Part shown: one piece after another, positions 28,376 to 38,325 of the stretch | How the letters are laid out: every line of letters begins with the position of its first letter | Position numbering within the stretch: the stretch's first letter is position 1 | DNA from: an uncultured Bacteroidota bacterium | GTDB lineage: Bacteria; Bacteroidota; Ignavibacteria; Kryptoniales; JAKASW01 | Length of the DNA: 64,000 nt | Assembly (NCBI GenBank): GCA_963703215.1 | Contig: OY969800.1 | Coordinates: 910,404-974,403 of the forward strand | Direction: 5' to 3' | Notes under the pieces: model-generated | The model's database searches: none | What the model was told of the DNA's origin: nothing | What the model saw: the letters and a program-made list of their open reading frames with translations, nothing else | Position numbers and translations under genes: made by a program

Positions 28376-29162
28376 ATGGCACGGCGTGCAACAGACAGAA
28401 AGCCTAAAGTGGCGGTTTTCAAATTTGCTTCCTGTGATGGCTGCCAGCTTTCTCTCTTAGACGCGGAGGACGAACTTCTGGCGGTAGCAAATGCAGTAGA
28501 CATCGCATTCTTTCCCGAGGCAAGTTCAAGAATGCTCAAGGGGCCTTATGATATTGGAATTGTCGAAGGAAGCATCACTACCCCGCACGACGTTCGAACA
28601 TATCAGGGAAATAAGAAAATCCTGCGCTGCATTAATTGCGATCGGCGCGTGTGCCACTGCAGGAGGCATCCAGTCGCTCAGAAACTGGAAAGATATAAAA
28701 GATTTCATTCGCATCGTCTACGCCTCCCCGGAGTACATTTCCACGCTAGATAGATCTCTTCCCATCGGCTCGTTTGTTCATGTTGATTATGAACTTAGAG
28801 GATGCCCGATAAATAAATATCAGCTTATCGAAGTCATCAGCGCATTCCTCAACAAACGCAAGCCAAACATTCATACACACAGCGTCTGCATTGACTGCAA
28901 ATTAAAAGGCACTACTTGCGTCATGGTGAGTCAAGGTATTCCATGTCTCGGTCCAGTAACACAGTCAGGATGCGACGCGCTTTGTCCCAGCTTTGACCGC
29001 GGCTGCTTTGGATGTTTCGGTCCGATGGAGTCTCCCAACACGGCGTCACTTGCCGAGCACTTTAAAGAACTCGGCGAGACGAAGCTTGATATTTCACTTG
29101 CTTTCCGAAAATACAATGCCTATGCGGACGCTTTCCGCAGAGAAAGTGAAGCCCATGAATAG
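28376..29162 (+). CDS. [NiFe]-hydrogenase small (delta) subunit, interrupted by an apparent 1-nt frame change
   Basis: N-terminus [26 protein letters not shown] in ORF 28292..28753 (true ATG at 28376). The remainder ([13 protein letters not shown]...GCP...CIDCKLKG...) is in ORF 28548..29162. Junction TTPHDV|EHIREIRK lies near 28593-28596. Confidence 0.85.
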
Positions 29163-30448
29163 CAGCAGGACTTTGAAGGTGGATTACCTTCCGCGGGTCG
29201 AGGGGGAAGGGACCCTTCTCATCAAGACAAGAAACTCGCATGTCGAGGATATCAAATTCAAGATTTTCGAGCCGCCCCGTTTCTTTGAAGCTTTCCTGCG
29301 CGGCAGAAAATATTCAGAAGCTCCGGATATCACTGCACGTATTTGTGGAATCTGTCCGATTGCGTACCAGATGAGCTCCCGTGCATGCAATGGAAAATGC
29401 TTTCGGAGTTAAAGTTGACGGCCAGCTCCGTGAATTGCGTCGTCTCCTTTATTGCGGAGAATGGATAGAAAGTCATGTGCTCCATGTTTATATGCTTCAC
29501 GCACCCGATTTTCTTGGATATCCGGACGCGATTCATTTAGCTAAAGATCATCCAGAAGCTGTGCAGCGCGGATTGCGAATGAAGAAAACCGGCAACGACC
29601 TGGTAACGGTTCTTGCTGGGAGAGAAATTCATCCAATCAACGTGAAAGTCGGGGGATTTTATAAACTACCACGCAAAGAAGACTTTTCTGGAATACTCGA
29701 GAGGCTTAAAACCGCGCGAGACGAAGCTTACGAGACCGCTCTCTGGACGGCAACTTTACCGTTTCCAGATTTCGAATACGATTATGAATTCGTTTCTCTA
29801 AGTCATCCAGAGGAATATCCGTTCAACGAAGGCCGGCTCATTTCAAACAAAGGACTCAACATAGATATTCACGAATACGAGCTCATGTTCCATGAAAGCC
29901 ATGCTCCATATTCGAACGCCCTGCAATCGACAATGAAAGGGAAAGGCGCCTACCTAACCGGTCCATTGGCAAGATACAATTTAAATTTCCAGAAACTCTC
30001 CCCAATGGCAATGCAAGCGGCGAGGGAAACGAAGATAACTCCCCCAGTACTAAATCCATTCAAAAGCATAATAGTCCGATCAATTGAAACAATTTATGCC
30101 TGCGAAGAAGCAATCAGGATAATTGAGAATTACGAACCGCCCGAGAAGCCGGCGATAGACTACACTGCGAAGTCTGGTTTCGGATTCGGATGCACCGAAG
30201 CTCCGCGTGGAATACTTTACCACCGATATCTCATCGGCGACGACGGACTGATTAAGGATGCGAAGATCGTTCCACCCACTGCACAAAATCAGAAGATGAT
30301 CGAACTAGACCTAAGAAATTTCGTCACGGCAAACATAAATCTCCCAAAGCAGGATTTGACTCTTCAATGCGAACAATTGGTACGCAATTACGATCCATGC
30401 ATTTCGTGTGCTACGCATTTCTTGAAATTGAAGATCGAGGAGACGTGA
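29155..30448 (+). CDS. [NiFe]-hydrogenase large (alpha) subunit, interrupted by an apparent 1-nt frame change
   Basis: N-terminal Ni-binding motif [10 protein letters not shown] in ORF 28993..29412 (ATG at 29155). The remainder, including the C-terminal DPCISCATH, is in ORF 29381..30448. Junction QMSS|VHAMENAFG falls at the CCC run 29378-29380. Confidence 0.9.
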
Positions 30449-30960
30449 CGGATAGCAGACCCGTTTCGGGCAGGACAGGTCGCGAAGATCGGAGAAAAAG
30501 TTCTATAACAATTGTCGGGATCGGCAACGAGTTTCGCGGAGATGATGGCGTTGCTTTGTTCGCAATCAAAAGCCTCTTCGGCAATGTTCCGACGGAAGTG
30601 AATCTTGTCGAGTTGGCAGGCGACCAATCTAACTTGCTTGATTTAATGGGAAATACGGATAACATAATAATTATCGATGCCGTGAATTCGACTGCTCCCG
30701 CGGGCACCATTTTCCGCGTCGACGCGGGCGAGGAGCCGTTTCCGAAGAACTTCTTCACAATCTCCAGCCACGGTATCGACCTGGCTCAATCGATCGAATT
30801 GGCGCGAACAATGAAAGCTTTGCCTGAAGTTATTTTGATTTATGGAATAGTTGGGAAGGACTTTTCTTTCACGACCTCATTGAGTCAACAGGTCAAAGAA
30901 GCTGCAGAGAAAGTCACTAGCAGAATTCTCGATGATGTAGAACGGATACTGAAGGCATGA
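30445..30960 (+). CDS. hydrogenase maturation endopeptidase (HycI/HoxW family)
   Basis: [18 protein letters not shown]...IIIDAV...SSHG motifs. The GTG at 30445 overlaps the large-subunit stop (GTGA). The large subunit carries a 9-aa extension after the His of DPCxxCxxH, which would be the protease substrate. Confidence 0.8.
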   Translation: MTDSRPVSGRTGREDRRKSSITIVGIGNEFRGDDGVALFAIKSLFGNVPTEVNLVELAGDQSNLLDLMGNTDNIIIIDAVNSTAPAGTIFRVDAGEEPFPKNFFTISSHGIDLAQSIELARTMKALPEVILIYGIVGKDFSFTTSLSQQVKEAAEKVTSRILDDVERILKA

Positions 30961-30994
30961 AAGGTTCCAAAAAACTATCAAAGATACAGTCGAC

Positions 30995-31687
30995 CTATTC
31001 GAGCTTTGCCTCAGCCATATAATAATCTAAGTTCAAAGCGTAAGGTGAGTTTGCAAAATTTTTCCGAACGCGATCTAACATGCTGATGGCCCGGTCCTTT
31101 TTCCCAATCTTTATGTAGCTTCTTGCGGCACCGATTAGATATTGAGGAGTAAGAAAACTCTTGGAGTCACGCGAAGCCGCACGATCATAATACTCTGCGG
31201 ATTTTTCGTAGTCTCTTTTTACCTCGTAAACTTCCGCGACGCCCGCATCTGCACTCGCCTCGAGAAGTTTATCACTTCCGTCAAAGTCTTTGAAATATTT
31301 CAACGCATTGTCAAAATCACCGAGATAATAATAGCAATCTGCCAGATAAATTTTCGCCTGCTCACCAGTCTCAGAACTCCCGTAATTATCAACGATCGAC
31401 TTTAACCCTGTAATATTGCGGTTTGGGTCGCCGTTGATCGCCAACTGATATGCGCCCCCATTGAAGAAATTAAGAACCTGCGAGAGTTGGGTTGCGGCCA
31501 CCATGTTGTTGGAATTTCGATTGTTCATATATATGATTATCGCGACGACGGCGATTACCACGCCAGTAATTGTGCCGCTAACTAGCTTGCGGTTGTTTCT
31601 GAAAAATTCCGTCGCTTTGACGTAGATGGTGATCAACTGGTCTTGCTTGAGTTCTTTTTTTGTTATTCGCTTTCTCGGTTTGAGCAT
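30995..31687 (-). CDS. membrane-anchored TPR protein (YfgM-like architecture)
   Basis: Basic N-terminus, a single TM (VVIAVVAIIIYM), then TPR-like repeats (YYYLGDFDNALKYF, YEKSAEYYDRA). Confidence 0.55.
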   Translation of the reverse strand: MLKPRKRITKKELKQDQLITIYVKATEFFRNNRKLVSGTITGVVIAVVAIIIYMNNRNSNNMVAATQLSQVLNFFNGGAYQLAINGDPNRNITGLKSIVDNYGSSETGEQAKIYLADCYYYLGDFDNALKYFKDFDGSDKLLEASADAGVAEVYEVKRDYEKSAEYYDRAASRDSKSFLTPQYLIGAARSYIKIGKKDRAISMLDRVRKNFANSPYALNLDYYMAEAKLE

Positions 31688-31858
31688 AAATATGTTCCTT
31701 ATACAAAATTCAAAGTTCTTGGATCAAATGGAATGAAAATTAGGCAAAAGAAACCGTCCATAAAAGGAATATCTTCATCAAGAGACAGGCGTCATTATGT
31801 AGAATTGCCGAAACTGACCCGATTCGATCACTCGCATCACCTTCAGCGGGATACTTCT

Positions 31859-33511
31859 CTACATCTTTTCCGGTGCGCCGATCCCCAATATCTTAAATCC
31901 GTTTGCGAGAACAATCTTAGCTGCCAGACACAATGCCAGTCGTGATTTCGCGAGTTCTTTGTCAGGAATTACAACACGGTGAAGATGATAGAATCTATGG
32001 AAAGTTTCTGCCGCTTCCTGCAAATAATTAATTATCCTATGAGGTTCGAATGTGAACGAGGCAGCCTCCACAACTTCCGGAAAACTTCTAAGAATTTTCG
32101 CAAGGTCGATCTCTTCCTTCTCCTTCAGAAGGTCCAAATCAAATCCTTTGAAGCCATTGGTCAACTCATCTTTCGACAAAATATTTTCACTCTCAGCAAA
32201 GCGAATGATGCTCGCAATTCTAGCATGGGCGTATTGCAGATAAAAAACCGGATTCTCCTCACTTTGTTTCTTCGCGAGATCAATATCGAAGTTTAAATGC
32301 GTTCCGATATTTCTCATTAGGAAGAAAAATCTGACGGCATCCGGTCCAACCCAGTCGATCAGTTCATCAAGAGTAATGAAGTTGGCTTTTCGCGTCGACA
32401 TCTTGACCACTTCGCCATTCTGAAAAATCGTGACGAACTGGTGGATCAAGACTTTTATTTTCTCGGTCTCATAGCCGAGCGATTTCAACGCAAAGAGGAC
32501 ATCTGGATACGTAGCAATATGATCTGAGCCAAAAACATCGACGACAAGCTCGAAGCCGCGCCGAAATTTCTCGATGTGATAGGCAATGTCAGGAAGTCGA
32601 TAAGTCGGCTCACCGGTACTCTTGACAATAACCTTATCCTGGTCACCACCGACAGCAGTCGCCTTAAACCATTTCGCACCTTCTTTGTCGTATGTGAGTC
32701 CAGCAGATTCGAGCGCGGAGATGGTTTCCTTTATTTTACCGGTTTCATAAAGTGAATTCTCGTTGTAGAAGACATCGAATTTTATTTGAAGGCGGCTCAA
32801 CGTCTTTTTGATGTCCTCAAAAATCTCCCGCTCAGCTCTTTCTTTGAATGCTCCCTCTGGAGGTTCATCCCTAAGTTTATCGCCGCGTTCGTCGAACAAA
32901 TGTCTCGCGATGTCGCGGATGTATTTACCCTGATAATAGTCGTCGGGAAAATCAATCCTATCGCCCAGCAACTCTTTGTATCTCAGTCGGACCGAATCTC
33001 CAAGTACACGCATTTGCCTTCCGGCATTGTTGAAATAGTACTCGCGTGTCACGTCGTGTCCTGTCCATTGAAGTACATTGGCGATTGTGTCGCCGAAGAC
33101 GGCGTTTCGCCCGTGACCTACCGTTAATGGTCCGGTGGGATTTGCACTCACAAACTCGACTTGCGTTTTCTTTCCTGCCGCGTCATTCGACCTGCCAAAA
33201 GACTCACCTTTATTTAATACGTCGTTTACGAAAGAGATAAAATATTTACCAGTGAATCTGAAATTGATAAAACCAGGACCGGCAAGTTCGCACTTCTCAA
33301 CCAAAGATGAATCGAGTTCAAGAGCGTCGACAACTTTCTGCGAAATATCTCTCGGTTTCATTTTCAGTTCTTTTGCAGCAAGAAGGGCGAAATTTGTGGA
33401 GAGATCGCCATGCGAGTCTATTTTCGGTTTCTCAAAAGAAATTTCGACACCTGTTTGAAGATTCAATTTTGCGAGTGCCGCCAGAATTCTTGACTTAAGA
33501 TAATCCTTCAT
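31859..33511 (-). CDS. argS: arginine--tRNA ligase
   Basis: 550 aa with SANPTGPLTVGHGRN (HIGH-type) and the class I ArgRS anticodon-binding C-terminus ending ...GAPEKM. Confidence 0.96.
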   Translation of the reverse strand: MKDYLKSRILAALAKLNLQTGVEISFEKPKIDSHGDLSTNFALLAAKELKMKPRDISQKVVDALELDSSLVEKCELAGPGFINFRFTGKYFISFVNDVLNKGESFGRSNDAAGKKTQVEFVSANPTGPLTVGHGRNAVFGDTIANVLQWTGHDVTREYYFNNAGRQMRVLGDSVRLRYKELLGDRIDFPDDYYQGKYIRDIARHLFDERGDKLRDEPPEGAFKERAEREIFEDIKKTLSRLQIKFDVFYNENSLYETGKIKETISALESAGLTYDKEGAKWFKATAVGGDQDKVIVKSTGEPTYRLPDIAYHIEKFRRGFELVVDVFGSDHIATYPDVLFALKSLGYETEKIKVLIHQFVTIFQNGEVVKMSTRKANFITLDELIDWVGPDAVRFFFLMRNIGTHLNFDIDLAKKQSEENPVFYLQYAHARIASIIRFAESENILSKDELTNGFKGFDLDLLKEKEEIDLAKILRSFPEVVEAASFTFEPHRIINYLQEAAETFHRFYHLHRVVIPDKELAKSRLALCLAAKIVLANGFKILGIGAPEKM

Positions 33512-33954
33512 TGCTCAGCTTGCCCGCTCCCAATCGTTTTCCTTGATTTCAATGTTCCTTTAGATTTTTCTTTGTTGTCTGGCCGGTGATCTGCAATTTT
33601 CTGGACCTTTGCATCACCCCAGAGTTTTTCAAGTCCATAAAACAATCTTGCATCCCTGTGGAATACGTGTACCACGACGTCTACATAATCGAGCAAGACC
33701 CATCGCAGGTTCTGCAACCCTTCTGTATGCCACGCACTCTCTCCAAGTTCCTTCATGCCCGACACGATTGCGTCGGCTATCGCTTTTACCTGAGTTTCTG
33801 ATTCTCCGGTACATACGACAAAATAATCTGTCATCGACGTCAGCTTGCGTAGATCAAGAATTGCAACATCTTTTGCCTTCTTGGTCAATGCAAGTTCCGC
33901 GATTTGACGGTGAAGAGTTTTCTTCCTTCCCTGAACCGAATCTTCGGACGACAT
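33508..33954 (-). CDS. rsfS: ribosome silencing factor RsfS (iojap family)
   Basis: DYFVVCTGESETQVKAIADAI...WVLLDYVDVVVHVF motif block. The ATG at 33954 lies one nt after the upstream stop. Confidence 0.9.
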   Translation of the reverse strand: MSSEDSVQGRKKTLHRQIAELALTKKAKDVAILDLRKLTSMTDYFVVCTGESETQVKAIADAIVSGMKELGESAWHTEGLQNLRWVLLDYVDVVVHVFHRDARLFYGLEKLWGDAKVQKIADHRPDNKEKSKGTLKSRKTIGSGQAEQ

Positions 33955-33955
33955 G

Positions 33956-34444
33956 CTATTCGATACCTTCATTTGGTTTGAGATTTTGATAGTCTTTTCC
34001 AACAAGAACTTCGACATCAACATAACTACGCGGGTCTAACTTTGTTACGACGTTCTCCTTCTTGACCCCGAGCGCTTGAGCGACTCTCAATGCGTTCTGA
34101 TAATTTCCGGCTGCATCGACAACTGCCGTTGTTAGTCTGTCAGGAGTCGACCCGTTTGCGGTTTCGACGACATCGAAGCCTCTCTTTCGTAGATAAGAGG
34201 TAAAACTCATCGCAATATTTTTCGCACCGCACTCGTTGCGGACGCTCACTTGAATCAATCTTTCGGTTTTTGTCGGAGAATTCTCATCCGTCCTATTCGC
34301 TTTCACCGGAGGATGAATAAGAAAACGATCCGCCAACGAATAAATGAGTACACTCGCCGACAGAATAACAAGAACTTGAAATGGTAGAGAGACGGATCTC
34401 TTTGCGGTTACTGAAGATTTATCCCTACGCCTCTTCATCAACAA
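33956..34444 (-). CDS. LytR_C-domain membrane protein
   Basis: N-terminal TM followed by IQVSVRNECGAKNIAMSFTSYLRKRGFDVV...ALGV, typical of the LytR cell-envelope-related C-terminal domain. Confidence 0.65.
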   Translation of the reverse strand: MLMKRRRDKSSVTAKRSVSLPFQVLVILSASVLIYSLADRFLIHPPVKANRTDENSPTKTERLIQVSVRNECGAKNIAMSFTSYLRKRGFDVVETANGSTPDRLTTAVVDAAGNYQNALRVAQALGVKKENVVTKLDPRSYVDVEVLVGKDYQNLKPNEGIE

Positions 34445-34593
34445 AACTAATATACCACATTAAAGCCGCAGGCGTGAGATTGCTTACCGCATGGAAATGC
34501 CGCCAGCAAGAGACATTTTTTTTCACCCGCCCCCCGACAGCCCGCTTCGGAAATGATTGTTGAGACTAATATTCAAATTCTGCCAGAACCCCG

Positions 34594-35067
34594 TTACCAG
34601 CCCCACGGGTTATAGTAATAATATGGATTGTAATAACGATTAAGCGGGTTCTGATTAAACTGCAGGTCTATCTGGAAATTATTTGTTGGACGATAGTTGA
34701 GGTCTGCTCGAGTAAGGTAAATCCCATTGAGACCTTGAGAGAACTTGCTCCCAAGTGAGCTGTACGGAGAATTAAGAACGCTGACATCTGCACTTAATGT
34801 CAGTGGGTTGCTGATTTTGTAACTCATGCTGTTCGTGTACGTTCCAAGAGCTAAACCCTGATTTCCAAATGTCATGTAACTCATTGAAACCGATTGGCGC
34901 ATAGAAAAATTTGCCGGGTTGAAAAACCCGAGAAGAAAATTGCTGTCGTCCGACCGGATTAACGAGCTCTGAACACTCGGTTGATCCGAGAGCTGGTCTT
35001 TAAATTGCGCAAAGCTGACTGAACTCGTAATCAGCACAAATAACATCAATACGCAAATTTTTTTCAT
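34594..35067 (-). CDS. secreted hypothetical protein (possible small beta-barrel)
   Basis: Signal peptide MKKICVLMLFVLITSSVSFAQ, alternating beta-strand-like pattern, and an aromatic C-terminus ...YYYNPWGW. Confidence 0.45.
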   Translation of the reverse strand: MKKICVLMLFVLITSSVSFAQFKDQLSDQPSVQSSLIRSDDSNFLLGFFNPANFSMRQSVSMSYMTFGNQGLALGTYTNSMSYKISNPLTLSADVSVLNSPYSSLGSKFSQGLNGIYLTRADLNYRPTNNFQIDLQFNQNPLNRYYNPYYYYNPWGW

Positions 35068-35186
35068 CGTATCCTCCGCATCCTGAAGAAATTTTAAACA
35101 AATTCAGAACAAATGTCAAATCATTTAGTTAGACGCTTTACCGCATCGACGGTTCAACCGAAATAGAAGTTCAAACTCAAGCTAGG

Positions 35187-36062
35187 TCACTTCGAGTCTT
35201 CGAAATGAGAGTTTTGAATTTGCTTCACCGAATTAACAACCCGGCACGCTGCGAATGCGGCCGAGAATCCACCGTTTATATTCATTACCGCAACGCCCGG
35301 TGCGCAAGACGAGAGCATCCCAAGCAAAGCTGAGATGCCCTTGAAGTTTGCTCCGTAACCAATGTCAGTCGGCACCGCAAAGATTGGCTTAGACACCAAT
35401 CCACCAACGACGCTTGGCAATGCGCCTTCCATTCCCGCAATGACGACCACCGCAGCCGCTTTCTGCATGACATCAATATTCTTCATGACGCGATGGATGC
35501 CAGCTACTCCAACATCGTATAATTTTGCAAATGCAACGCCCATTGCACCGCACACATCAACAGCCTCCTCGGCAATTGGAATATCGCTCGTTCCCGCCGT
35601 CACTATGCAAACGTAAGGCTCTTCGTTCAGATTCTCTTTGAACGGAATTGGGTTGACAGTGAATGTATTCGATGTCTTATTTGCCCGTCCCTTTGAAAAC
35701 TTTTTTTTCAAGGCTTTCAGTTTTGCTTCCGACAGTCTCGTAATCAAAATCGGTTCTTTCGACTTGGATAGTTTTTCTGCAATACCGAGAATCTGCTCAA
35801 CGGTTTTGCTTTCGCCATAGATTACTTCGCCTAATCCGAGTCTGAGGCCGCGACCATGGTCCACCGTCGCATATCCCAATTCTTCAACGTCAAGGTGCAT
35901 GTGTCTAATTTTCTCGTATGCAATGGAGGTGTCTATTTTTCCTTCTTGCAAATCGGCGAGTATTTTCTTGATAGAAGTATAATTTTTCAAATCCGCAATC
36001 CAAAATTCGAAATCATAAATCTCAAATAGTTCCGCCGCCGGTTTTGTATCCTTCAAGATCAA
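35187..36062 (-). CDS. larB: nickel-pincer cofactor biosynthesis protein LarB (PurE-like carboxylase/hydrolase)
   Basis: The PurE-like C-terminal half IVTAGTSDIPIAEEA...VIAGMEGALPSVVGGL...VPTDIGYG matches LarB. The start is uncertain: ATG 36062 overlaps larE by 41 nt, and the TTG at 35990 is an alternative. Confidence 0.8.
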   Translation of the reverse strand: MILKDTKPAAELFEIYDFEFWIADLKNYTSIKKILADLQEGKIDTSIAYEKIRHMHLDVEELGYATVDHGRGLRLGLGEVIYGESKTVEQILGIAEKLSKSKEPILITRLSEAKLKALKKKFSKGRANKTSNTFTVNPIPFKENLNEEPYVCIVTAGTSDIPIAEEAVDVCGAMGVAFAKLYDVGVAGIHRVMKNIDVMQKAAAVVVIAGMEGALPSVVGGLVSKPIFAVPTDIGYGANFKGISALLGMLSSCAPGVAVMNINGGFSAAFAACRVVNSVKQIQNSHFEDSK

Positions 36063-36894
36063 GCGTCACCCAATCATAGCCGCGTCTCTTAGCTTCGTCA
36101 ACCAATTTGTCTTTTAGCTGGACCGCCATCGCAATTTCCTCCGGCGAAGTCTCCAATCTCAAAAAGTGCTTGCCATTTAACTCATGCATGCGCAATCGGA
36201 AAATTTTCATTCCGCCTGCACGTAATATATCTTCGAGAATATCGATGTCTTTCAATTCTTGTTTTGTAATCTCGACACCTCTCATGATTCGCGAACTCAA
36301 GCAAGGACTGGATGGCTTGTCAGATAATTCAAAACCGTTGAGCCGCATTAGCTCTCTTATTTCTTCCTTTGTGAAATCGTACGCAGCAAGAGGAAACACC
36401 ACATCATTTTCGAGTGCCGCTCGATGTCCAGGTCTAACATCGGATTTGTCCGACGAATTGTAGCCGTAAGCAACCTTCATGCAATTATTTTCTGCGGCGA
36501 CTTCTTTGGCAATCGTGAACAATTCAGTTTTGCAATAATAACACCTAAGTGCATCGTTCTTTAAATAGTCGGGATCGTCTACTTCAGAGCTGTTTCTCCA
36601 GACATGTTTCACACCAGTTGCTTTCACAAACTTCTCAACGTCGTCTCTGTCGTGAGTCGGCATACTTTCACTGTTTGTAGTAAGCGCGATAACGCTTCCA
36701 CCGTATTGTTTCCTTGCCTCTTCGGCAGCCCATAGGAGAAAACCGCTGTCGACCCCTCCGGAAAAAGCAATGACTAATCCTTCACGAGTATATTTGCCGA
36801 GACAATCTTTCAAAGCATCATATTTCTTCAATAGGACATCCATACCCATATCTATATTTGACTTTTCTTTAAGAGAGAACAAAGGCTGATTCAA
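36022..36894 (-). CDS. larE: ATP-dependent sacrificial sulfur transferase LarE (PP-loop ATPase)
   Basis: PP-loop AFSGGVDSGFL and the conserved Cys-containing PSSPCLSSRI motif. Confidence 0.82.
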   Translation of the reverse strand: MNQPLFSLKEKSNIDMGMDVLLKKYDALKDCLGKYTREGLVIAFSGGVDSGFLLWAAEEARKQYGGSVIALTTNSESMPTHDRDDVEKFVKATGVKHVWRNSSEVDDPDYLKNDALRCYYCKTELFTIAKEVAAENNCMKVAYGYNSSDKSDVRPGHRAALENDVVFPLAAYDFTKEEIRELMRLNGFELSDKPSSPCLSSRIMRGVEITKQELKDIDILEDILRAGGMKIFRLRMHELNGKHFLRLETSPEEIAMAVQLKDKLVDEAKRRGYDWVTLDLEGYKTGGGTI

Positions 36895-36960
36895 TCTAAT
36901 ATTTTGACGTGCATTTTAGAAAGTTGTTTATTCATCTACGATGAGTTGAAAAATGAAGCC

Positions 36961-38325
36961 CTAACTTTGCACCAGATTATATTCCTTTATCTTCCTGTAT
37001 AAAGTCTTCCTATCTATCCCAAGAATCTGGGCGGCTTTCGACTGGTGCCAGTTCGTGCGCTGAAGTATTCTCATGATATACCTTTTCTCAACCTCAGTGA
37101 GCGGCATGTTATCCGTTGCAAGATCGTCGATGAGGTCGCTTGGTTTCATCTGGAAGAGATGCTCCGGCAAATCTTTCGCATCGACAACCTCTTCGCTTGA
37201 AAGAGCGATGCTTCTCTCGATTACATTTTCAAGCTCGCGAACGTTACCAGGCCACGTATATTTGATCAGGCAAGCAGATGCTTCGTGCGTCATCCGGATA
37301 TTCGGCTTTCCGAACTGCTCGCCGTATTTTTTCATAAAGTGCTCGACCAATATCGAAACGTCTTCCGGCCTATCCTTCAAATCGGGAACATGGATCGAAA
37401 TCACGTTCAACCTGTAAAATAAATCTTCCCTGAATTGATCATGTTTAACTAACTCTTTCAAGTCACGGTGAGTGGCGGCAATTATCCTGACGTCCACTTT
37501 TTTCACTTCGTCGCTGCCGACTGGACGAACTTCACCCGCCTCAACGACTCTCAGCAATTTCGATTGTGAGCCGAGTGGCATGTCGCCAATCTCATCGAGA
37601 AATAATGTACCACCATTTGCAGTCTCGAAAAGTCCACGCCTTGAAGTGATCGCACCGGTAAAAGCTCCTTTTTCGTGCCCGAAGAGTTCGCTTTCAAGAA
37701 GGGATTCCGGAATTGCACTGCAATTGACGGTAACAAGCGGCATTGCCCGCCTTTCACTGTTATAGTGGATCGCTTTTGCAATCAGCTCCTTTCCGGTTCC
37801 GCTCCTTCCAGTTATCAGGACATTACTTCTTGCATGAGATAATCTCTGGATCAACGCAAAAATATCCTGCATAGCTTTACTTTTCCCGATGATACTTGCG
37901 AAGGAATACTTGCGCTCCACTTCCTGACGAAGAAACTCCACCTCGCGCTGAAGCCTGCGCTGCTGCGTTGCCCTTTCAAGAAGAGCAAGTATCTCATCTA
38001 TATTAAAAGGCTTGCTGACGTAATCGTACGCACCGGCTTTCATCGCATTAACCGCAGAATCTACCGAACCAAATGCCGTGATCATTATGACCATTGTGTC
38101 TTTTTGCAATTCTTTTATGCGCTTTAAAAGATCCATGCCTGTCGCGCGCGGCATCTGGATGTCCGTGATGACAATGTCATAGTTCTTGTCATCGACCAAT
38201 GACATTGCTTTCATGCTGTCTGGAGTCGTATCGACTGTATAGCCGGCCCGTCTGAGAAATTTCTCGAGCATAGCCAACATATTTACGTCGTCGTCGACGG
38301 CGAGAATTGATATATCTGCTTTCAT
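36961..38325 (-). CDS. sigma-54-dependent response regulator (NtrC/AtoC family)
   Basis: REC (VDDDVN...VITDIQMP), AAA+ with GRSGTGKE and an intact GAFTGA loop, and a C-terminal HTH (KAAQILGIDRKTLYRKIK). Confidence 0.9.
   Translation of the reverse strand: MKADISILAVDDDVNMLAMLEKFLRRAGYTVDTTPDSMKAMSLVDDKNYDIVITDIQMPRATGMDLLKRIKELQKDTMVIMITAFGSVDSAVNAMKAGAYDYVSKPFNIDEILALLERATQQRRLQREVEFLRQEVERKYSFASIIGKSKAMQDIFALIQRLSHARSNVLITGRSGTGKELIAKAIHYNSERRAMPLVTVNCSAIPESLLESELFGHEKGAFTGAITSRRGLFETANGGTLFLDEIGDMPLGSQSKLLRVVEAGEVRPVGSDEVKKVDVRIIAATHRDLKELVKHDQFREDLFYRLNVISIHVPDLKDRPEDVSILVEHFMKKYGEQFGKPNIRMTHEASACLIKYTWPGNVRELENVIERSIALSSEEVVDAKDLPEHLFQMKPSDLIDDLATDNMPLTEVEKRYIMRILQRTNWHQSKAAQILGIDRKTLYRKIKEYNLVQS

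Noticed and set aside
30400-30448. Possible selenocysteine ([NiFeSe]) recoding at the large-subunit C-terminus
   Set aside because: The C-terminal Ni-binding motif is encoded as DPCISCATH with ordinary Cys codons, and there is no in-frame TGA.
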